Assembly: GCA_013239625.1 (NCBI GenBank)
Contig: MU054187.1
Span: 20,180,897 to 20,244,896 of the forward strand
Source: Lama guanicoe
Lineage: Eukaryota
Direction: 5' to 3'
Length of the DNA: 64,000 bases
How positions within the stretch are numbered: position 1 is the stretch's first letter; every line of letters begins with the position of its first letter. The translations under genes and the position numbers were made by a program. The notes beneath the pieces were generated by a model. That model had not been told where the DNA came from, did no database searches, and saw nothing but the letters and a program-made list of their open reading frames with translations. This document shows, piece after piece, positions 38,218-51,724 of this stretch.

Positions 38218-40145
38218 TGTTTTATTATTGAAGTACAGTTGATTTGCAATATTGTATTATTTTCAGGTATACAACATAGTGATTAAGTATTTACAATTAT
38301 ATTCCTTTTAAAGTTATTGCAAAATAATGGTTACATTTCCCTGTGCTGTATAATATGTCCTTGTTGCTTATTTATCTTATACATAATAGTTTGTAACTCT
38401 TAATCCTGTATCCCTACCTTATCTTGCCCTCTCCACTCTCCCCACTGGTAACCACTAGTTTGTCTTCTATATCTGTGAATCTATTGCTGTTCTGCTATAT
38501 ACAATCATTTGTGTTATTTTTCACATTCCACATGTAAGTGATATTATATACTATTTGTCTTCTTCTGTCTGACTTATTTCACTAAGCATAATACTCTCCA
38601 GGTTCATATACGTTGTTGCAAATGGCAGAATTTCATTCCTTTCAGGGCTGAGTAATATTCCATTGAATATATATACTACATCTTTATCCATTCATCTGTT
38701 GTTGGGCATTTAAGTTGCTTCCATATTTTGGCAATTGTAAATATTGCTGCTATGAACATTGGGACGCATATATCTTCTCAAATTGGTGGGTTTATTTTCT
38801 TTTGATATACACCCAGCAGTGGATTTGATGGATCAAATTATAGTTTTATTTTTAGTTTTTTGAGAAACCTCCATATTGTTTTTCATAGTAGTTGGACCAC
38901 TAACAGTGTGCAATGGTTCCCTTTTCTCTACATCCTTGCCAACATTTGTTATTTCTGGTCTTTTTGATGATAGATATTCTGACAGATATGAGGTGATATC
39001 AATTGTTGTTTTGATTTGCATTTCTCTGATAATCAGCAATACTGAACATCTTTTCATGTGCCTGTTGGCCATCTGTATGTCTTCTTTGGAGAAATGTCTA
39101 TTTAGGTCTTCTGCCCATTTTTTTGATTGGGTTGTTGGTTTTTTAGGATATTGAGTTATATGAGCTGTATATATTTTGGGTATTAACCCCTAATCAGTCA
39201 TATTATTTGCAAATATTTTCTGTCAATCAGTAGGTTGTCTTTTCATTTTGTTGATGGTTTCCTTCACTGTGCAAAGCTTTTACATTTGAGTCCTGTTTGT
39301 TATTTCAAAAAATACTGGTACAATTTATGTCAAATTGGGGTCAGTCTATATGTTTTTCTAGGAGTTTAATCAATTCTTTAATCAATTCTGTAAGTCTTTG
39401 ATCAATTTTGACTTTATTTTTTATATGGTGTGAAAAAATGTTTTAATCTCATTCTTTTACACGTAGGGGTTCAGTTTTCCTAGTACCACTGATTGAAGAG
39501 ATTCTCTTTTCTCCACTGTGTATTCTTGCCTCTTTGGTCATAGATTAATTTACCATAGATATGTGGGTTTGTCATCAATGGCCTTGACTGTGTGGAAGTG
39601 CATTTTCTCTGCACGAACTATGATGAGAGTTTTTTTTTTATCTTGAGCAGATGTTGAATTTTGTCAAGCACTTTTTCTGTGTCTGTTGAGATGATCATAT
39701 GATTTTATTTTTCCTTTTGTTAATATGGTATATCACATCGAGTGATTTGCAAATATTGAACAATACTGCATTCCTGGAATGAATCCCACTTGGTTTGGGT
39801 TTATGATTCTTTTAATATATTGTTGAATTCAATTTGCTAATCTTTTGTTGAGGATTTTTGCATCTATATTTATCAGAGACATTGGCCTATAATTTGCTTT
39901 TTTGGAAGTGTGTTTGTCTGGTTTTGGTATCAGGATAATGCTGGGTTTGCAGACTAAATTTCAGAGTGTTCGCTCTTCAATTTTTTGGAGTAGTTTGAAA
40001 AGAATAGGTATCAGCTCTTCTTTATATGTTTCATAAAATTCCCTTGTGAAGCTGTCCAGTCCTGGACTTCTGTTTGTTGGACTTTTTAAAATTACAAATT
40101 CAATTTCAATACTCTTAGTAGGTCTGTTTAGATTGTCCAGTGCTT
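38218..40145 (-). mobile_element. 5'-truncated L1 (~1.9 kb) with TSD and an internal deletion
   Basis: ORF2 remnants (38833-39072 [20 protein letters not shown]); TSD tgtgtta(g/a)gtattcta at 38202-38217 and 40146-40161. Confidence 0.95.
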
Positions 40146-41099
40146 TGTGTTAAGTATTCTAAATACCCTCATAAGTTTTATTCAAATTAAATTTGTGAAC
40201 CATATAGATAAACGTGGTCAAAACCTCTATCCAGGTTGTTTTTAATAGTAGATCTTGAAATGCTACTTGTAAGATTTTTCAGTGCAAACTTCATCATTTA
40301 GCCACATCTCGATTGGACAATAGAACTGATATCTTTGCCAATTCTCAAATACTCACTATACTCAATAATTGTTCTATGCTTGAAGAAGAGGAGCATTTGA
40401 GATGAAGGCTGATTTCCACCTTGAAAGGACTGGTTACTGGAAGTTGGGAAATCTCAGAAGTAGACTTGCAGTGGTGTAGCACTATACTCTGCCCCTGCAA
40501 GGTATGAAAATATCAGGGCAGAAACAATGAAGGAAAACATCTGGATTTACAATACCCATTTGCTCTACTCACTCACTTAAAAATTATTTCAATGACTCTC
40601 TTTTGACAGATGCTAATAAAACAAACAAAAAACTACTAATGTTACTGCTATAAAGTGAATTAGTTTAGAAATATACTTTTTTTTAGTCACTTACACCTGA
40701 ATAATAATTTGTAACTTAGACTTTAAGAACCGCTCATATAATGATGACCTTTCCAACAATCTCGATCATTGTGATTTTTTAAAAGACGTTATGTTTTTCA
40801 TTGAACTTAGGCTTATTACTCTCAATACATTTAGACTTTAAAATCAACCAAAATTCTCTAATTATCAATAGTTGCTGTCTAAAAGTAGTTGCATGATTAG
40901 TAATATTAATCTGAAGTGAGTTTTCCTCAATGGAAGTGGGCAGAAAGTACACAATCAATGGACCAGGATGCAGGTCTAGTTCTATCATTAATAACCCTGT
41001 CTCATCTTGGAGCAATCATACTTCAATATTTTTTGAGCCTCATTTATTATTATTAGTACCAGTGACTGACTCTCACTGTGGCTAAAATTTAGGACTTAT

Positions 41100-41640
41100 T
41101 TTGAGACTTTTCTTTTCTTCACCCCTTATATTCAGTACCTCGATGATCCTTGTTTGCTGTTACTCTGTTAGGTAGCTAGAATCCAAACACTATTTAATAT
41201 CTACAGTGTTAATATCCCAGTCCAAGTAACCAGCACATCTCACCTGGTCTACTGCAGTCTTCCTCCGGCAGGTCTGCCTCCTCCTCTCTTCCCATTTTGT
41301 TCAAAATGTCGACGTTAATTTCAACCACTCTCACACAGTTCTTCCTGCCCTGGGTGTGCCCCGCTTGTTGCCACATCAGACCTTTCTCACTTGCTCTTAC
41401 TTCTACTTGTAACGTTTTCCCAACCCCCTCCACCATCTAGAAATCATTCCCTATCATATTATTTTCTTTTACTTTTATCAGCTTCGGAAACCAGTATTAT
41501 TAGAATAGTTGGAAATGCCACGTTAGTGGGACAAGGGACATGTCTGTCCCTTCACACAAGAATGTAAGCTCCTCAAGGGCATAGCTCATTAATGTCTTTC
41601 ACTCTATCTTTATTGCCAGAAAAGCTCCAAGCACATATGT
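41100..41640 (+). mobile_element. L2 fragment
   Basis: Pyrimidine-rich L2-like sequence; agaatgtaagctcctcaagggca. Confidence 0.55.
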
Positions 41641-41644
41641 CAAG

Positions 41645-41868
41645 ACTCAGTCCCACCAACTGATAGCGGGAAACTTCTGCACAAGGCAGGACCTGGCAGC
41701 CAAATAAATCAGAGGCCAACAAAGCCTACCAGACCACACAGCCAGCCAGCCTGCCCCAGCAGTGGGACCCACACAGCCCATGCTGGGGGCCTCCCTGGCC
41801 CTGGTGACTGGGAGAGCACTGCTGGGACACATAGAACGTCTCCTAAAAACAGCCACTTCTCCAAGGTC
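41645..41868 (+). mobile_element. L1 5' UTR-like GC-rich fragment
   Basis: cccacacagcccat...ctggtgactgggag...agccacttctccaagg resembles the sequence just upstream of ORF1 in laurasiatherian L1s. Confidence 0.55.
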
Positions 41869-42075
41869 AACATAACCACAAAACTGCACATATTTAATGC
41901 ATATAATTTGATAAATTTGGGCACACAACTACACGTGTGATACCATCACCATAATCAAATTAATAAACATATTAATCACCTCTAAGAGTTTTCTTGTGTC
42001 ACTTTGTATGCGTTTGCTTGGTCGGTTTTGTGATAAGGATAACTAACATGAGGGCTAATCGTTAGCAAATTAAAG
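41869..42075 (-). mobile_element. L1MA/MB-like 3' end
   Basis: aactgcacatatttaatgcatataatttgataaattt...accatcaccataatcaa. Confidence 0.75.
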
Positions 42076-44689
42076 ATGATGTAATTGTGCTTATATTTTT
42101 AATATAAACATTTTATTCCTTATACAGAAATAATTAAATATTTTGGTTAAATTTTATAGTATTTGGAATTTGTTTTAAAATCATTTGAGTGTAAGAAGAA
42201 TGGATGCACAGTTTGATTACAGTAACATGGGTCTCTTTATATGACTTTATATACTTCTGTTACATGTTTGAGATTTTCCACAATAAAAACATTAAAGAGC
42301 ATGAGCTACTTTATAGTAATTAGATTGTACATTATATGCTTTCAGATATTTTTATGACAGTCTAGAAAGAAGATCCTACATTGTTTGATTAGAAACTTGC
42401 TCATAATTATTCTTTATTAACATCTTGATACTCTGCTCAAAAGAGGGAAAAGAAAATTAATTAAAATGTATTCATGGGAAAGTAAAAACAAAGTACTGTT
42501 CTATGGTATATAATTATTTTAATCCTCCTATAGACTCTAACAATTAAAAGCCGTTTCTAATTTTTAGAATTAAAAAATAGAATCTCAGTGATATCACCAG
42601 TACTAATACCAGAGATGTGATTCTAAAACAAATAATAAAAATAATACAACAAAAATACGATTTTCCAGCCTTGGTTAAGTGGTAAACTTTAATTATGATA
42701 TGTGAAAACATCAAAGTAATTACATTATTGCTAGAATTCAAGAAATTGTATTAAATGTATAGGATACCTTTGAAAAAGAAAAAAATATGGGTGTTTTCTA
42801 TTAGAAAATCTTACACACAAGTGTTGCGTTATCTTGATGGATAGTGAGATTTTACCATGTGGCCATACACAACATCCATATTCTGTCTCTCCTCAAATCC
42901 TTTGATCCTTCTCTACAAAGATAAAATTGATCCAAGATGAAAACGGCACTTTCTCTAAATTTGTTTTTTTGAGATTTACTGCTTTATTTACCCCTTTTTT
43001 ATTTAGTATTTTTTTTATTTAGTATTGCAGTCAAACTGTACTTCCCTCATGCTGGAAGATATTTTTGTTGGTTTCTTCCCCTCTCCTCACTCAAAGAAAC
43101 TGCTTTTGAATTAGATATGCTGTTAAAACATGGATTAACATTATTTTTCACTCTTTACTACAGAATAACGCTGGCGACGTTCAAAATCCTGGAGTTTATC
43201 TTACTTCGCTGATGCTCCTGCGCTGGTTATTGATTAATTCTTAAGACCAGTTTTCCTCTTGTGTAAATCTTTTCTCAATCATTAAGAGTAACTTACTTGA
43301 TTGTTTCGGAATGGATTTAATTCCATTTTTCACATTTACCAAGTCTCTCAATCTCACCCATTAAAGTGAAAATTGGTTTTCTCTTCCTTGGTGAAATATT
43401 TTATTGTTTAGCTTTAAGTGTTGGGAGGTGGCGTTAATAGTGCTTTATGCCTCTGAGCAATGAATTCAAGACCTACAAAAACTCCTAATCACTTTCCCTC
43501 AGTCATTTAACAGGTAGATATTTAGCGCCTTCTTTCATCATGTGCTGTTCTCAGAACTGTGGCTACAATAAAGCCCCTAACCTTACATATAAAATTATAC
43601 ATATGCTCTGTGATTATATTTATGTTATTTTACCCAGGAAATTATTGCTAAAACCTACCATATTCAGAATACAGTCCTAGCATTGTTGATATAAAAAGAA
43701 ATAAGGTATGATTCAAAGGGAAAAGTGTTATGAGCTCTTCTTGGGAAGCTAGGAATAATGCTGGTGCTACAGCGTATGGGCGATGATGAAGTATTTTCCA
43801 AATGCAGCATGGGATTTTTACAGAGGATCAATTTGTGTGTGTGTGTAATGGATTAAGTAAGCTGGGGCAAGGAAAATTTGGCAGAAGCAGTTGAAGTTTG
43901 GTGGAATGCCTTCCAGCAAGACTTATAAGCAGAAGAACTGCTGTGGTTTTGCAATTACAGGAATAAAAATCAGTGTTTGGCAAAGATAAATATCTCTCTT
44001 TCTTTCCCTATGGCTCTCTCTTTTGCCACCTAGAAGTATTAAGTTGCTCCAGCAGAAGCAAAATCTCATCTTGCTTCTTAGATTTGATATTATCTTCTAT
44101 TCCACAGCAGCATCACTGCTGTAAACATTCTCAGTTCTCTGTCAATGTCCACCTGCAAGCAAATCTGTAGTCACATTTACCCATTTTTCTGGCCAAGGTT
44201 AGCATCGCTACTGTCCTCTCAATTCTTTGTGATCTTGTTCCCTTTACTTCCTCGGGGGTCTTTGATTTGTTAGTCATGACAAATCTTTTCAGGATTCCAG
44301 CCTCTTTTCTCTCTAGCTTATGCCTTTACCTTATGCATATTCAATTTCACTTCTATCTACGAAAATGAAATATACTCCCGACTTGAATCCCTGAATGCAC
44401 TCTTTCTTGCTTTACACAAATAAGCTTCATGAAAGAATAATCATTGTTTCCATTTCATTACCTCTCATTAATAATTAGTTTTAAAAAGACATATTGAGTG
44501 CAGATAGTCACTAGTCAGTTTTTTTTTCAGTGTCAAATTTTATGTCATCAACTTAAAAGATAAACAAAATGTGTATTTCAAATCTTAAGTCTTGAAAAAG
44601 AGGAGGAATGAACAGGCAGCAAGACTATTTAAGAAAAGTGAAAATGTGCAGAAATCTTAAACATTGATGAGTATGATATTTTCAGTAAT

Positions 44690-45745
44690 TAAAAATAACT
44701 GTATGATTTGAAGAACAAAATAAATAGCCATTGTATTGTATTTCTACCCAAACAATAGAATGAATATCCATTAATCCATCCTGATTGAAATAAATGACTG
44801 AATGAATAAATGAGAGAATTCATCCCTACAGAATAATTTCAGATAATAAATATAGAAAGGATTAAGGAAATAGAAAACTGTCATTAGAAGGCCACAATAA
44901 CAATGGCTCAGGCAGAGCCCACAGGTAGGTGCTCAAGTGAGTGTGCAGAACTTTAAAGAGAAACAGGATATATATACAGCCCCAAAGACTCCTCTGAAGT
45001 ACTTATATGTTTGCAAATTTTTGGATACACTTTTCTCTACAAAGTAAACTTATTCCCTCCCCCCACCCTGCTAAGTGTTAATTCTACAAACAAATTATGG
45101 GAAGGGAAAAATAGTCATTTTACAATGGAGAAAACTGACAGACACTCCTATAATCAAATGATCAAAGTTAAAATCACCAGGAAGAATTTATTTTGGTATT
45201 ATACATCCCCCGATGTAGTGAAGTGAGAAGGGCGCATTACCTCTTATTTTTCCCCCCAAATTTATAACCTCAGTTATGAGAAAACAACGGATAAAACAAG
45301 TTGAGAGACATCCTACGACACCTCTGGCCAATATTCCTCCAAAGTATTGAATGTATGAAAAGCAGGAAAGGACTGAGAAACCGCCACAGATCTGAGGAGA
45401 CTAAGCAACCATGATAACAACATGTAACATGGTACCTGGATGGATCCTGGGATAGAAAAGGACATTAGTGGAAACAAGAGGAAGCATTCATTTCTTCCGG
45501 AGTCTTTTGGGTCTCGATTGTTTTCAGTTTTGAAATAATCTGCATGCCAAAGACACAGTTGGCATGGCAAATTTTTGTTCCTCTACAGTTAATAATAATT
45601 TATTTATATTTCATCAGTTTTAACAAATGTACCATACTAATACAATATATTAATGATAAAAGAAGTGCAGTAGAGGGGTGAGGGAATTTATGGAATCATC
45701 TATGTTTTCTGGTCAATTTTTCCTATAAATCTAAAGCTTTTTAAA
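44690..45745 (+). mobile_element. L1MC/ME-like 3' region
   Basis: tacaatggagaaaactgacagacac...ggatcctgggatagaaaaggacattagtgg. Confidence 0.8.
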
Positions 45746-45749
45746 AAAT

Positions 45750-46050
45750 TAATAGATGTTTTTCAGAGCAGTTTCGGGTTCACAGCAGAATTGAGCAGAA
45801 AATACAGAGAGTTCACACATAGCCCTCCCCACCCACACATGTATACTCCCCTACCCTCAACATCCCTTGTCAGTGTGGCATATTTGGTACAATTGATGAA
45901 CCAACATGGACACATTATTATCAACTGGAGTCCATAGTTTACATTAAGGTTCACTCTTGGTGCTGTACATTCTGTGGGTTTTGACAAATGCATAATGACA
46001 TGCAGCCACCAATATAGTATCATATAGAATAATAAATAAAGCCTAAAAAT
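45750..46050 (-). mobile_element. L1MC/MD-like 3' end
   Basis: agagcagtttcgggttcacagcagaattgagcagaaaatacagagagttc. Confidence 0.88.
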
Positions 46051-46689
46051 AAAAATCTTTAGACAGGAAGTAGAGGAAGTAAAATGGTGATTATCTCCTC
46101 TTGCTTTTCTCACAGATGAAGAGAGAGGGAATAAATAAGGTAAAAACAACATTCTTGGTTGCCCTGGGAACAGGATGTGGGTTCAGTGTAGTTTGTCATT
46201 GGGAGGCGCTCCTGGGAGGAGTTAAGTGACTGGAAAGGTATAATTTTACTCGGAACAAAATGCCATGACTAGCGTTGCCCTTAGTGACACTATTTTCCCA
46301 TGTGTTAAACAACTCTTGTTAAGGGTTGTGAGCAAAACCAAGTATAATCTTCCCTTAATTTAATTTTTATTTGAAAATTCAGTGAGCATTACAGTATGGG
46401 ACAGGACAGGTCCAGGCAATAAAGAATTAACAACATCCTACTGGATATTCACATAATTGAAAAAAAACTTTCTATATTGTTCTCACCCAAAAATCTACCC
46501 CAACATTTATTTTAAGCCAGTTTTTGCATGAGTTAATGGTAAAGCTTTTGTTCCATACCGAAAAAAAAAAAATGCTTCTACGAAGAGTTTACCACCTAGA
46601 ATTTACAAGATACTTTCCCTCAGCAGAGAAAAGGCTGAATGAAGGTTTATCATATACTGCGATCCTTTTCTAGTGTCTCCCTAGAATCA

Positions 46690-46835
46690 TGGTCAGTGAT
46701 AGTGAGTTGGTAGCTTGAAACTGGCATGGTGTGGATATTTACACCACAGAAAATGGCAAACATTACAAATTAGAGCATTAGTAGTATGAACATGCTTTTG
46801 GAAAGCAAATTTTAAGCATTTACTAGAATAACAAG
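46690..46835. mobile_element. MER63-like hAT-Blackjack fragment
   Basis: ggtagcttgaaactggcatggtgtggatatttacaccacagaaaatggcaaacattacaaat. Confidence 0.7.
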
Positions 46836-47513
46836 GTTAAAGGCTAACACTAAAATCCAATCCAATAACTCGTGGCCATTTTTCCCTCTTTGAAATGGTG
46901 CCACTCCTTCAGCAATGAAAAGTCAACTTCAAGCAAAGAAGTAAAAACCACAGGGTAATAGAAGATCATTGCATACTCCTCTAATAAACTGTGATCCCCC
47001 TCGTAGCCTGGTTGCGTTATCTCCTTGGATTTAATCTATCCACACCAGCCTCTTCCATCCAGCGGATGAAGTAAAGAGAGAAAAATGGTGAGCTCTAGCT
47101 AGAAGCCAAGTCCATCTGCCTTTGACACTTGAGGTGATTGCCCAATGACTCATCAATATAATGTCACTGTGTTTTAAAGAGATTTCATCTTTTTCATAGG
47201 TGTCCCCAGAGTTGGGACTATACATGAGACTGATAGATTAGAAAAGATATACCGATGTATACATAGAAATTTATTTACTTCTCAACTATAGTATCTCTTT
47301 TTAACTAAAAATGCCCTTGATCCAATCCTTACTTTTTTATCGCCAAAAGCATTAGTTTTCTCTCATTGTCATAGCAATTACTGTCAGCAGTATATACATT
47401 TTAACAAAGCCACATTGATAATTAATAAGAAATATTTCCTTTCCTTCCATTAGTAATAAATATATACCTTAAATGTATTGAAATATTTTAGAACTCTCTT
47501 TTGAGGGATTCTT

Positions 47514-47674
47514 TGTTTTTTAATTTATCCATTTTTATTTCAATTTTGCTGGAGGAAGGTAATTAGGTTTATTTTATTTTTTTAGTGGAGGTACTGGGGA
47601 TTGAACCCAGGACCTTGTGCATGCTAAGCCTGCACTAAGCATGCTCCCTACCACTGAGCTATGCCGTCCCACCC
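47514..47674 (-). mobile_element. tRNA-derived SINE (camelid Vic-1-like) with 13-bp TSD
   Basis: Minus strand A box tagctcagtgg, B box ggttcaatcc, A-rich tail; perfect TSD ttgagggattctt at 47501-47513 and 47675-47687. Confidence 0.92.
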
Positions 47675-50600
47675 TTGAGGGATTCTTATGTTGTATCTGA
47701 ATATGTCATTTGTGAACAATGATTTCTCTAAGCTGCTCTAGTGGTTGTACATCTCAGGGATGCAGCACGCTGCCTGGTAAATCAATTTGTGTTAGCTGTG
47801 CCGTACGAATTTGCAGCAGCATAATTCAGACTGACTTCTCCAAATAATGCTTCCTCTGACAACACTTTTAAAGTGGCAAGACAGCTTGGAAAAGTACAGA
47901 ATTGTCTTGAGATATCACATCCCACAGCAGAATTCAAAATATGACTGCAACACTGACAAAATAGAACCTAAATTGTAATGTGATATAGTAAAGTAGCTGA
48001 TAGATAGCACTCAGCACCAAAAATTGCTAACTCAATGCTCAGTAGAGAAACCACAAAACTGCAGCAACAACGAGAGAAAAATCTTGATCTACAGGGAGAA
48101 AAAAAAGTCAAATGAATATGCAGTAAGTAAGTAGTATTTTCCAACTTGCTTAGATACATAAATGGCCCTCTTTTTAAAATTACAAAGATGGCACAGAACA
48201 TTGGAGGAAATATATATGTTACCAGTTGAAGCTTTGAAAATACTTTCAAAATTGCCATTTATTAAATATTTCATACAGTGCTGAGTTAAGCTTAAGAGAA
48301 AAGAGGTTTTGACATGTGACTATTTAAATGTTTTGTTTACTGTTTGTTAGCTGAAGCCTATTAAGAATTTACACTACGATTTAAAAATCTCCTGCTTACT
48401 TCTGTAAGCAACATTTTTTCATAGTTAAGAATGCTCATGATATGAGGTATTAAGCTATCACAGAGTCTTTTAAAAGAATTTTGAGGTTTTTTCTGTATGT
48501 GTGATTATAGAATGACTACATTTTTTAATAATTTGGGGAAAAAATATTCTCATGAGATGGCACATCATAAAAACATGATTTTGTCCTTCAGCTAATTTTA
48601 GATTTACTGCAATCTGACACTCTAGATCTAAAGGCTTAATTTGAATTTCACTCCATAATGCTATTTATTTTGTTATTGACAAATATTTTATTGCTGTGCA
48701 ACTGAAAATGCTTTGGTTGCTGATGTAGACATGCTTGAAGATGGATGTGCCCATAGTTGCTGAAAATAATGCTAGACACATAGTAGATCTGTAATATTGC
48801 TGATTGAATCATTGATTGGATTCTTAAATCAAGACATGGAAAAGAATTAAAGTGAATTTTGAATCCCCAGAGGCTTGGTTTGTTTTGTAGAAGAGGCTAG
48901 TGACCTTTGTATCTTCCATTCTTATCTGTGTTTCTTGAAGTTTTGAAAGTGGATATTGACCATTGCTCTTAAATTCCACCTTACACAGGAATAATTAGAG
49001 ACGAGACCTCTTGTATTATGAAACGTGACTGATAGTTACTCTCTGTCTCCATCTAAAACAAAGGTTGTATCCCACCTTCTCTTGCTGCCCTCAAAACAGA
49101 CCATCTTAAAAATCAGTCTATCAATACATAGCTGGATTATTTTTTATGTAACTTTTTATTTAAATCACATGATCTCTTACTTTGAACAATGAATGGCAAG
49201 GAGAATGTATTTCCTATCGTAAGTGATTTTAGCATTGGGAGGAAAAAACTCACTTTCAGGAAGAAGAAAAAATCATGTTTCTGCCAACAGAAAATAAAAA
49301 GAAATGTGTTTTTACTTCCATAGTTTTAGATTTCAGTATAAAGAAGTTACTATATTTTTCAGTAATAAACACATATTTGCTTTGCATTATAAAAGAAAAA
49401 CAAAGAGGGATTCAGTTAACAAGATAAATAAGAGTTATAGACAATAAGGTAAACAGTCAAAAGCAAAGAAATACCCAGGTTGTCAAGATAACGTAATTCC
49501 TGGGATGTGGTCTGTTGTAATTATTAATTAGGTATGCGATTTTCCCCCTTCAACTGGAGAAATATACGGGATTAGAGCTAGGTAGGTACTATTTTTTAAG
49601 GTGTTACCAATTTAAATAATAAACAACAAATAAAAAGTCTACTTAATTTAATATTCTTATTGTGCCTTCTCTGAAAACTCCCTGTGGCCTTTTGCAAAGT
49701 TCAGCTGTACGTACCTGCAGGTTCATTACCATTGTGGTAGACTGGTTTTCTTTCCTTTTTTAATCCCCTGTTTCTCATTTGTAATTATATAAATGGTTTA
49801 TAATTGTATAATGAATTGTTACTGTTAACTTAGAGTTTAGCTAAGTGTACATACCTTTTTGCTTTATTTTCATATGTGAATTGAGCCTTTAATTTATTTC
49901 ATATGCTCTCAATGTGTGGTTTTGAAACCAAAATTTTAGTAGATGCTGAAAATTAAGTAGAAAATTTTCCTTTTTTGTATTTTCACTATAAAATACATAA
50001 GATAGAGATTTTATGAATTTTGAAATTTTGAACAAATTGATTACTAAATCTGCCTAGTGTAGAAATGGTTAGGAAAGTTTTGAACTTGTATGTAAATGTC
50101 ACTATTATTATTTTAATCAATATTTTATGTCTTGTATTATGACAGTTAATTTTTTCCAGAAATGTGTGCATTTTATCAAGTTTCTATAATTTAGTAATGT
50201 AAAATGATTTATAAAATAATTATCTTTCAGATGCATATTTGTCCTTGGTGTTTTCCCTTTGTCATTATATATTTTGTTTGTTTCCACATCTTCTATTAAT
50301 TTTTTTCAGTCTTGTCATAAAATATTCTTTTATTCATACATTCAGAAATTATCCTTTATTTTATCCTGCTCCACCTTTTGTTTGCCTGTTTTAAATTTCA
50401 TTAGCTTCTGGTCTTATTTTTTATTGTTTATTTGTTTGTTGCCATTCAATTAAAATCTCTTGTCCTTTTCTAAATTTCTGAGCGAAGAATCTGTCTTATT
50501 TCTACCTTTCTTTCTGGGATGTGGAACAAACAACAGCTTCTCATCTAGGAGAGAGACATTCTAACTTTGTCCATTATATTATCAGCAGATTTAAAAAATA

Positions 50601-50795
50601 TATGTTTTTATACATTATAAGTTACCTATTTTTAGCTCTGAAAAAAAACACATTTACTGAAATAAAAATAGTTGATTAAGTGAAAAAATAGGCAGACACG
50701 TGGGGCCTGAATAAATGGTTAGAGATCATATATTTTCCTTTTTGTTTGATATAAGGATTAAAAAATAAACTTATGTGTGTGTGTGTGTATGTGTG

Positions 50796-51285
50796 TGTTG
50801 TGGTTTTTAAAGTGGTGTTGCATATTTTTTATAATTCTGCCACCCAGACGTGGCACCTAATTCCCAACCTATGAATTTGGTTATATGTTTGACTCACTTG
50901 CAACCAATAGAATGCAGTCCAGGTGACATTAAACGTCTGTGAGAGGGAGTGGGTATTGCTCAGTGGTGCAGTGCATACTTGGCATGTGTCAGGTCCTGGG
51001 TTCAATTCCCTGTTCCTCCATTAAAAAAATAAAAGGTTTTATGAGCAAAATATCAAAACTTTTCATTTGGTACTATTTGGATTCTCACTCTGGTGAAATC
51101 CAGTCATCGACCAGTGCATTTATTAGTTAAGTACCAGTCAATTCCATGAAGAGAAAAAGAAACCCCTAGTTGAGCCCTGCTCATACCCCTAACCCACAGA
51201 ATTCATTAGTTAAAATAAAATGATTGATTTTTAAACCATTGAGTTTGGGGACATTTTTTTAATGCAGTAATAGGTATACTGAACA
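50796..51285 (+). mobile_element. MaLR LTR (MLT1F/G-like), interrupted by a SINE
   Basis: tgtggtttttaaa...accaatagaatgcag...aacccacagaa...aataaaatg...gcagtaataggtatactgaaca. Confidence 0.75.
50945..51034 (+). mobile_element. tRNA-derived SINE (same family as 47514-47674)
   Basis: A box ttgctcagtgg, B box ggttcaattcc, cctccattaaaaaaataaaa. Confidence 0.88.
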
Positions 51286-51720
51286 AAACTTGCTACTGGG
51301 AATGGGACATTGACACAACACAAACATGAAATATGTGACATAAGCTTTGGGTCTGATCAGTGAGCAGAAGCTTGAAAGGGTTTTCAGGAGAATTTTAGAA
51401 GCCTGATTGTTCTCAAGGTGAAAGCTTAAGAGAAAGTAAAAAAACAAACAAACAAACAAAACCCCCCAAAATAAACAAATGAAAAACCCAATTAATTGGA
51501 AGCTGATGGAAAAGAAACAGTGTTACGTAGTGGCAGAAAATTTAACATTTTCACCTGTGGTAACGTGAAAAATAGAAAACGTACCTAATGAACAGATAGA
51601 TCTGACTGAAGATATTTCCAGAAATATGGAGCGAGTTTCAATTTGTTTCTTTCAGATGAACTTTATAAGCTACCGACAGATGTATGCTAAAGGAATTATC
51701 TAGTTATCCAGCAGAATACA
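51286..51720 (+). mobile_element. MaLR internal region (MLT1-int) 5' fragment
   Basis: Directly follows the LTR; ctactgggaatggg...aaatatgtg...gctttggg...gcagaagcttgaaaggg. Confidence 0.65.
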
Positions 51721-51724
51721 GAGT

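Noticed and set aside
47590..47674. tRNA gene (also 50945-51020)
   Set aside because: A/B boxes belong to SINEs with A-rich tails; no clean cloverleaf
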